Shown here in pieces: positions 56,732-62,461 of a DNA stretch of 62,461 bases. The position numbers and the translations under genes are program-made. Position 1 is the first letter of the stretch; each line of letters begins with the position of its first letter. Origin of the DNA: Thermoplasmatota archaeon (lineage in GTDB: Archaea > Thermoplasmatota > Penumbrarchaeia > Penumbrarchaeales > Penumbrarchaeaceae); assembly GCA_049472235.1 (NCBI GenBank), contig JBLIRI010000001.1, positions 1 through 62,461 on the forward strand, in the 5' to 3' direction. The notes below the pieces were generated by a model. That model searched no databases. It had not been told where the DNA came from and saw only the letters and a program-made list of their open reading frames with translations.

Positions 56732-57304
56732 ATGGCTGCGGTTATGGTCCTGCTTATCGTCGTGGGGTCCATGCTTGCGCTCAGGGGAAGCGACGTACTC
56801 AGTGGATTCGTAAGGCTCCTGGGAGGTTCCTTTCTCGGGGGGGCAGGGGGATACCTGGGATTCAGGATCGGTGAATATTTCGGGGGCGAGTGGACCCTGG
56901 CCTATGCAATATCCATGGCACTTCTGGGTTTCATCATCGGTTTCCTCTTCGGTCCTAAGCTGCTCCAGCTGGTCCTGACGATCGCCATCTTCGTCCTCGG
57001 GGCGGGGGTCGGATATTTCGTTGCGGAAGAGCTTGGCGGGGACGGCGCGGTTCCATTTCTGGCAGGCATCGTCGTCGGGCTTTCGGGTGCCTGGATCCTT
57101 TCGTCCATTGCGAGAAGGCTGCTCCTGGCCGCGACCATCACCTTCGGCTCCGCCATGGCAGGGGCTGGGGTCCTGATCCTCCTGTTGAACGATCTTCCCC
57201 TGGAAGAGGCGGGGCTCCTTGCCTTCGGTGCCTTCATCGCACTCTCCCTGACAGGTTTCCTCGTGCACCGGGGAGAATTGTCGGGGATGGGATCCAAAAG
57301 ATGA
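56732..57304 (+). CDS. Gly-rich polytopic membrane protein, unknown function
   Basis: 190 aa from MAAVMVLLIVVG. The 5' part of track ORF 56453..57304 is antisense to the neighbouring gene and does not look coding. Confidence 0.5.
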   Translation: MAAVMVLLIVVGSMLALRGSDVLSGFVRLLGGSFLGGAGGYLGFRIGEYFGGEWTLAYAISMALLGFIIGFLFGPKLLQLVLTIAIFVLGAGVGYFVAEELGGDGAVPFLAGIVVGLSGAWILSSIARRLLLAATITFGSAMAGAGVLILLLNDLPLEEAGLLAFGAFIALSLTGFLVHRGELSGMGSKR

Positions 57305-57306
57305 TC

Positions 57307-60300
57307 TCAATCCTTCTCCTCGTCCTCGTGCTCCCTTCGATAGAAGAGGGAGGCGATCACAAGGACGAACATTATCGTGGAAGCCGAAATGATCCCGGCC
57401 GTGGTCACCTCGCCCATGTCCACTTCATCGTTTTGAGGGACCTCAAGAGGGCCCGGCTTCTTGACCTCTAGGTCCCCGGTGATCGAATCGGTCTGGGCCC
57501 ACCTTCCGCCCGTGCCTTCCGGTGGAACCGTGAAATATTCAGCGGTCAGGGAAAGGACGTAAAGTCCCTGTTCCAGGCCCAGGCCCATGGTCACGGTCCT
57601 GGTCTCTCCGGAAGCCAGGTCTATCACCAGCAGTTCGGATACGACCACATCGTCCGAGGGATAGCCGTTGAAGAGGGTCAGGTGGACGACCCCGGCATCG
57701 TAAGAGGACGGGTTGCTGATCTGAACGTCCACGCTTCCGGTGAACCGATCGCCAACGATCGTCTGCTGGAAGCTCATCACGTCCACCACCGGGCCCGCGG
57801 TCTGCAGAATGGATGAGTGGATAGAACGGCCGGGGACCGCCGGGTGCGATCCTTTAAGGATTGTCCGGACCTCCAGACGTCCGGGCCCTCCTCCTGGTGA
57901 AAAGGTCCAGTGGAAATTTGAAGTCCCGTTGATCTCATCGGCCCCTTTCATCAGGGTCTGGTTGGAAAATATCTCCTTTCCTTTGAATGTACCCAGGATC
58001 CCTATTGTGAACGTCGGCGGCCTTTCACCGAGACCCTCCGGAAGAGGGTCCGGCATGTGGCCGTATGTAACGTTCAGAGGCCAGGGTCCAACATTGATGA
58101 CGGTGGAGGTGAGGTTGAGGCCGGAACTGTCCTCCACCACGGGCGGTACGGGGCTTTCCACAAGGTCAAGGACCGGGAAGGAAAGGAGGACCGTATGGTC
58201 CTGGCTCTCCGGGATCGGAAGCCATGAAGGGCCTTTCAATACAGACCATACATGATTGGCCCCGGGGGACAGCGAGATGTTCATCTCGAGGTTCACCGTG
58301 CCCCCGGCCGGTATATCGACCTTGGTGGAATTCAGCTCCAGCAGAGGGGACCTCTCTCTGAGGAAAAGCGGTTCAAGGGAGCCGTTTTGGAACATCACCG
58401 GGGCTGAGGGTGCGGACCCCCAGACACTCAATGTCCTCGAACCGGCGGGGACCGTCCCCCAGTTCCTTACAGAGACCTTGACAATCGCTGATGCGGAGGC
58501 CCAGTCCCCCGTACTGCACTCCATGGATATTATCTCAAGGTCCGGCAAAGCTGAGAGCCCGGAGAACCTCTGGGAGGTCTGCGCCGGTATCCCCGACAGG
58601 GCGGGGACGGTCACCGCAAGGAAACCCAGCTGGAACTCCTTCACGGGGGCCGTGAAGATCACCTGCTCTGCCTGGCCGTGTCTGTGGAACTCCACGATCT
58701 CGGATTCCCAGAACTCCTGGGACAGGCCCCCGGTATCCCGGTCCCTGAGGATCCGGTAGAGGTCTACCCTGACCATTCCGGACGGTGTCATGCCTCTGTA
58801 TTCCACGGTTGCGGTGGCCACGACCATCGTTCCGGGCGATGCCGAGGGATCGGACACCGAGAATGAAACGACCTCTCCCCCCCAGGACAGGTTCCTGTTC
58901 GTGAAGACTGGTGCCTGGGCGACGGAGGAGTTGCCATCCCATAGAGGTACCTCGATGAGGCCGAGATCGAAGGTGGAATCCCTCTTCCGGTAAAGGACGG
59001 GGGAGAGCTCGAGGCCCTCCATGGATGTAAGTCGGAGAGGCTCTGTCCACTCGCCGTATTTCGACAGGTCGGGATTCGTTGAGACGAAGAGATCGCCGCC
59101 CCTGTATGCCCATTCCCTCCATGAGGCGTCAAGCGAACCGTCGGGTCCCTTTACCAGACCTGATGCCGTAATGTAATGCTCCGAGGAAGTTATGTTGAAC
59201 AGCTCCGAGGAAGCTCCGGTCGGAGCTCCCGCGGCAAGGAGATAAGGCAGGCCCGGACCGGAGGTCACATGGAGGACAAGGGGCTGTCCGCCTTCGGCCC
59301 TGGCGAAAGAGACCTCCTCCACGGAGCGTCCCCCTCCGATGTCCAACGTCGACATCGGGGACCATCCAGCACCCTGGGACCAGCTTGAATACATGGCAAG
59401 GCCCCCCTGGGAGATCCAGACCAGATGGAGTGTGCCCTCATCATCGAACCAGGCATCCGGCTCCCTGTCGTTCCTGGAATCCGACGTGACCCTATCGGGC
59501 GCGGACCAGTTGCTCCCGTCGAGGAAGGAGACCATGACCTCCCTGTCGTCGAGCGTGTGAATATCGTTATCCATGTCCCTGATGAAGACAAGAGCGAGCC
59601 TGTTCCTCTCGTGGTCGGATGCCAGAGCTGGGTACTGGTCCATCCTGTCCTCCGGGGATATTCGGATCGGATCACCAGGGAAGCTGCCGTTGGTGTTCCC
59701 GATCTTGCAATAAAGCCTCATTGAAGAAGCGCGGTCCGCAAGCCCCTCCATATATCCGGTCTCGGTCCAGACGACAACGGGGCTGCCGTCCTGAAGATAT
59801 CCAAGTGTGGGATGGGACTTGTAGGTGTTGTTCCTGTATACCTCCGATTCCATGGTGGAGTTCCCGTATATGATATGGGTGGTATGACCGTCCCTGACAG
59901 AGAGCTCCAATCTCCCCATATCTCCATCCGGTGACGGGGAAATGTCCGTGCCGACCCCGAACGGCTCGGGGACCCATTCAAGTGAACCGGAACCTGTCTC
60001 CAGTCCCAGGTCGCTCAGGTGCAACTCAGTGGAAAGGTCCAGGTCACCCGAACCGGACCAGTTCGAGCCGGAATACGTCAGGTCGCAGGTCATTGAAGCT
60101 TCCATCGAGAGCGCCATGCCGGGATCATCGTACCCCGGCAGGTCCAGCGAGATCATGTCGGTGGTGTTGCCGGACAGGCTGATAACGACATCGGAAACCA
60201 TGGGTGCGATATGGCCGTCCTCGCCGACACCTATGGTGGATGAGGCGGTCAGATCGCCCGCCATCGTCATGACCGGCAGCGGGATATCGATGATATCCCC

Positions 60301-61455
60301 GTAGGAACCGCCGACGGGCATCTTCCTGCCCAATGCCAGTGCGGAAAGGTCCAGCTCGACCCTGGAGCTTCCCTCCATCCGCATCGAGAATGGGGAATCC
60401 GGGGATGGGAGGAATATCTTTCCCTCCTGTATGGCAGGGAAGCTGTAGCTGGAGGTCAGGGGGCCTTCCAGCAGCATATCGGTCCGGGCAACGATCGTGG
60501 TCGTTCCATCCAGAAGAGTGTATCCCGTGAGCTGGACCTCGCCGTCCCCTCCGTTGAGCAGCATCTCCTCCAGGTCACCGATGCCGTCCGCCGATGTCCT
60601 GATAACACATGGATCGATCTCCAGCTTGCCGGTCAGAACGTATGATGAAAGGTCCCTGTCAAAATAGGAATGTCTCCGGTCCAGGTCGCCGAACCATGTG
60701 GGGGCCGGAACCACGGTCACGGAAAAGTTCCTCCTGGGGAGCGGGTTCCCGCAGTATGTGGAATTTATGATGAGCTCGTGATCCCCGGGTGCGAGGGCTC
60801 CCGCATCGAAGGTTGCCAGGAACTGGCTTCCGGTGGTCCTCGTCCCGTATTCCAGGAACTGGCCCTCTATGGTGGCGTAGACCCTGATCAGGGAGGGGTC
60901 CCCGACATCCTCGAAAGCGATGTTGAGCTCCACCCTGTTCTCGATCCCGGAGATATATTTCCCGAGGACCTCACTGTCAAGCAGTCCATCCCTGGAGGAG
61001 GCCACCGACCCGATGAACGGAAGCTGGACGGTCAGGGACCTCACATTGTTCCTCTCGTACCTCTCCTCCTCGTCGCCCTCGGAATCCACAACCGTCGTTA
61101 TGATGTGGGTCCCGGCGGATTCCGGGACCCATTTGAATTCCTTCTCGAACTCCTTTCCCGGTCCGAGGGGGAGGAGCGGAAAGGCCACGACAATGCTCTC
61201 GTTGTCACCGGAACCGTCCCCCCGGTCCATGACTATGACCTGGACCTCGACGGCAGAGGAGAGGCCGAGGTTCTTTATCCTCAGCGTTCCCTCGAGACCG
61301 TCCTTGGTTGGCAGGATCGACAGCTCCGTCACGGCAAGGTCGGGGGCCCCGTAGAACTTGTCGGTGGCCGCTGTCGTTACGAGCGAAGGGGCGACCAGCA
61401 GGACGACTGCCAAAATGACCATGGGTAGGAACTTCCGCCATGAACGCTCGCTCAT
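57307..61455 (-). CDS. giant surface protein: CARDB-like modules, a central propeller-like region and a C-terminal TM anchor
   Basis: 1382 aa from MSERSWRKFLPMVILAVVLLVAPSL (M69 of track ORF 57307..61659). CARDB-like segments are APDLAVTELSILP...LRIKNLG and PDLEIISMEC...VSVRNWG. The C-terminal TM is AGIISASTIMFVLVIASLFY. Confidence 0.75.
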   Translation of the reverse strand: MSERSWRKFLPMVILAVVLLVAPSLVTTAATDKFYGAPDLAVTELSILPTKDGLEGTLRIKNLGLSSAVEVQVIVMDRGDGSGDNESIVVAFPLLPLGPGKEFEKEFKWVPESAGTHIITTVVDSEGDEEERYERNNVRSLTVQLPFIGSVASSRDGLLDSEVLGKYISGIENRVELNIAFEDVGDPSLIRVYATIEGQFLEYGTRTTGSQFLATFDAGALAPGDHELIINSTYCGNPLPRRNFSVTVVPAPTWFGDLDRRHSYFDRDLSSYVLTGKLEIDPCVIRTSADGIGDLEEMLLNGGDGEVQLTGYTLLDGTTTIVARTDMLLEGPLTSSYSFPAIQEGKIFLPSPDSPFSMRMEGSSRVELDLSALALGRKMPVGGSYGDIIDIPLPVMTMAGDLTASSTIGVGEDGHIAPMVSDVVISLSGNTTDMISLDLPGYDDPGMALSMEASMTCDLTYSGSNWSGSGDLDLSTELHLSDLGLETGSGSLEWVPEPFGVGTDISPSPDGDMGRLELSVRDGHTTHIIYGNSTMESEVYRNNTYKSHPTLGYLQDGSPVVVWTETGYMEGLADRASSMRLYCKIGNTNGSFPGDPIRISPEDRMDQYPALASDHERNRLALVFIRDMDNDIHTLDDREVMVSFLDGSNWSAPDRVTSDSRNDREPDAWFDDEGTLHLVWISQGGLAMYSSWSQGAGWSPMSTLDIGGGRSVEEVSFARAEGGQPLVLHVTSGPGLPYLLAAGAPTGASSELFNITSSEHYITASGLVKGPDGSLDASWREWAYRGGDLFVSTNPDLSKYGEWTEPLRLTSMEGLELSPVLYRKRDSTFDLGLIEVPLWDGNSSVAQAPVFTNRNLSWGGEVVSFSVSDPSASPGTMVVATATVEYRGMTPSGMVRVDLYRILRDRDTGGLSQEFWESEIVEFHRHGQAEQVIFTAPVKEFQLGFLAVTVPALSGIPAQTSQRFSGLSALPDLEIISMECSTGDWASASAIVKVSVRNWGTVPAGSRTLSVWGSAPSAPVMFQNGSLEPLFLRERSPLLELNSTKVDIPAGGTVNLEMNISLSPGANHVWSVLKGPSWLPIPESQDHTVLLSFPVLDLVESPVPPVVEDSSGLNLTSTVINVGPWPLNVTYGHMPDPLPEGLGERPPTFTIGILGTFKGKEIFSNQTLMKGADEINGTSNFHWTFSPGGGPGRLEVRTILKGSHPAVPGRSIHSSILQTAGPVVDVMSFQQTIVGDRFTGSVDVQISNPSSYDAGVVHLTLFNGYPSDDVVVSELLVIDLASGETRTVTMGLGLEQGLYVLSLTAEYFTVPPEGTGGRWAQTDSITGDLEVKKPGPLEVPQNDEVDMGEVTTAGIISASTIMFVLVIASLFYRREHEDEEKD

Positions 61456-61477
61456 CCATATGTCATGAAAAGCCGCG

Positions 61478-61488
61478 ATATTATAATT
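61478..61488 (-). promoter_or_regulatory. TATA-like element about 25-30 nt upstream of the ATG at 61455 (possible leaderless transcript)
   Basis: On the minus strand: GAAATTATAATATC. The spacing would put the transcription start at or next to the start codon. Confidence 0.35.
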
Positions 61489-61523
61489 TCTGGGAGCACG
61501 CGCGGGTCTGGTAACCCTACATC

Positions 61524-61532
61524 TTTTAATAT
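61524..61532 (+). promoter_or_regulatory. TATA-like element upstream of rpl11
   Basis: TTTTAATAT lies about 60 nt upstream of the ATG at 61590. TAGGAGG at 61575-61581 is a likely ribosome-binding site. Confidence 0.35.
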
Positions 61533-61589
61533 GAAAACAACTTTCGGGCCTTACGGTCCCGGGTGGACCTGTACCTAGGAGGAACCTCC

Positions 61590-62066
61590 ATGGCAGAGAA
61601 GATCGAAGCGCTGGTCGACGGCGGAAAAGCATCCGCAGGCCCCCCTCTGGGGCCGGCATTGGGCCCGCTGGGCGTGAACATCGGCCAGATCGTTAGTGAG
61701 ATCAACCAGAAAACCAAGGATTTCACGGGGATGAAGGTTCCCGTGACCATAGTGATCGACACCAAGACCAAGGAATACACCATATCCGTCGGAACGCCCC
61801 CCACCTCCTCGCTCCTGCTTCAGGAGATCAAGAAGGAGAAGGGCCCTGGCTCCATAACGGACGCGGTGGACATCCCCATCGAAAAGGTCATCAAGGTCGC
61901 CAGGATGAAGAGGGATTCCCTTCTTGCCATTTCACTCGAATCCGCTGTGCTGGAGGTCCTCGGGACAGCAGTCTCCATGCACGTAACGGTGGACGGCAAG
62001 AACCCCAAGGAGGTACAAAACCTTATAAATGAGGGCCATTATTCAGCCCTCCTCACTTCCCAGTGA
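61590..62066 (+). CDS. rpl11: 50S ribosomal protein L11 (uL11)
   Basis: 158 aa from MAEKIEALVDGGKASAGPPLGPALGPLGVNIGQI, containing the canonical PPLGPALG motif. Confidence 0.92.
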   Translation: MAEKIEALVDGGKASAGPPLGPALGPLGVNIGQIVSEINQKTKDFTGMKVPVTIVIDTKTKEYTISVGTPPTSSLLLQEIKKEKGPGSITDAVDIPIEKVIKVARMKRDSLLAISLESAVLEVLGTAVSMHVTVDGKNPKEVQNLINEGHYSALLTSQ

Positions 62067-62095
62067 GAGTATCAGAAAGAGATGCATCCGATGTA

Positions 62096-62126
62096 GGAGG
62101 AGCACGGGTCCCAAGGGACCGCCTCC
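62096..62126 (+). promoter_or_regulatory. hairpin in the rpl11-rpl1 spacer
   Basis: GGAGG-AGCAC-GGGTCC-CAAG-GGACC-G-CCTCC: a two-tier stem 27 nt upstream of the rpl1 ATG. Confidence 0.3.
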
Positions 62127-62152
62127 GACCAACTACACGGGGTGTGAAAAAA

Positions 62153-62461
62153 ATGGCAGAAGACCACATTATGAAAGCGGTGACCCAGGCATTGAAGCAG
62201 TCACCGGACCGCAAGTTCAAGGAGTCTGTAGAGCTTGCCATCAATCTGAAGGACGTGGACCTTGCGAACCCCAAGAACAGGCTTACCGAGGAAGTGATCC
62301 TTCCGAAGGGCAGGGGCAAGGACGTCAAGATCGGCACGCCCGAGATCGATCTCTTCGCGACCCGCCCCGACGCCGAGACGCTGAAGAAGCAGAAGTATCG
62401 CGTCAAGATCACCATCCCGGTGGAGGAGGGCGAGCCGTACACGGTCGGGTCGGTTCGGGTC
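62153..62461 (+). CDS. rpl1: 50S ribosomal protein L1 (uL1), partial; runs off the window, and its 3' ~130 nt are atypical
   Basis: My translation gives MAEDHIMKAVTQALKQSPDRKFKESVELAINLKDVDLANPKNRLTEEVILPKGRGKDVKIG, which is L1-like. The remainder, TPEIDLFATRPDAETLKKQKYRVKITIPVEEGEPYTVGSVRV, is not. Confidence 0.7.
   Translation, partial: MAEDHIMKAVTQALKQSPDRKFKESVELAINLKDVDLANPKNRLTEEVILPKGRGKDVKIGTPEIDLFATRPDAETLKKQKYRVKITIPVEEGEPYTVGSVRV

Noticed and set aside
61456-61659. N-terminal 68-aa extension of the 1450-aa track ORF. The same applies to 56453..56731 for the Gly-rich membrane protein, and to 16441..16509 and 68..85.
   Set aside because: The extensions are Arg/Pro-rich and overlap neighbouring promoters or opposite-strand genes. 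They precede an internal Met that gives a proper signal peptide or family-typical N-terminus with an RBS.
61526-62442. Minus-strand ORFs opposite rpl11 and rpl1: 61526..61804, 61820..62008 and 62053..62442.
   Set aside because: They are antisense to highly conserved ribosomal protein genes, and their translations are Ser/Thr/Pro-rich.

Overview
This is about 62 kb that looks archaeal: TATA-like promoter elements, archaeal-type uL11/uL1 and an Mvh/Hdr operon. No tRNA, rRNA, CRISPR array, integrase or transposase was recognised. All domain calls are by-eye motif recognition on the supplied translations; no searches were run.

**Layout**
1. 86-5110: a translationally coupled hdrA-mvhD-mvhG-mvhA-hydrogenase maturation protease operon.
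2. Two visibly low-G+C islets. 5111-6528 holds a class-II Fic protein behind a 14-bp palindromic operator. 10285-12360 holds a double-wHTH protein, a DIP1984-like coiled-coil protein and a small zinc-ribbon ORF.
3. 12361-20640: a CoA-metabolism cluster with two AMP-forming ligases, an AbfD/HpaB-family enzyme and a cytoplasmic S1 peptidase.
4. More than half of the window encodes eight surface proteins of 1000-2000 aa (beta-propellers, FN3/PKD/CARDB-type modules). Seven have a signal or N-terminal anchor plus a C-terminal TM helix; one has only an N-terminal TM segment. Among them lie two C25 (gingipain-like) modules, an M14 carboxypeptidase, an SNF-family transporter and a GT-C glycosyltransferase.
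5. Right end: rpl11 and a partial rpl1.

**Most interesting observations**
- Three adjacent genes (24144-35449) share CxxC...CxxC zinc ribbons and charge-block sequence. Two are giant surface proteins carrying these on their predicted cytoplasmic tails. The third is a soluble poly-K/poly-E multi-ribbon protein. Together they form a candidate integrin-like surface/adaptor module.
- That soluble gene is interrupted at an A10 run. The -1 frame continues for about 140 codons and encodes two more ribbons.
- Five of eight convergent gene pairs have stop codons 0-3 nt apart, three of them as TGATCA.
- The last ~130 nt of the window stop looking like L1, which may mark a chimeric contig end.
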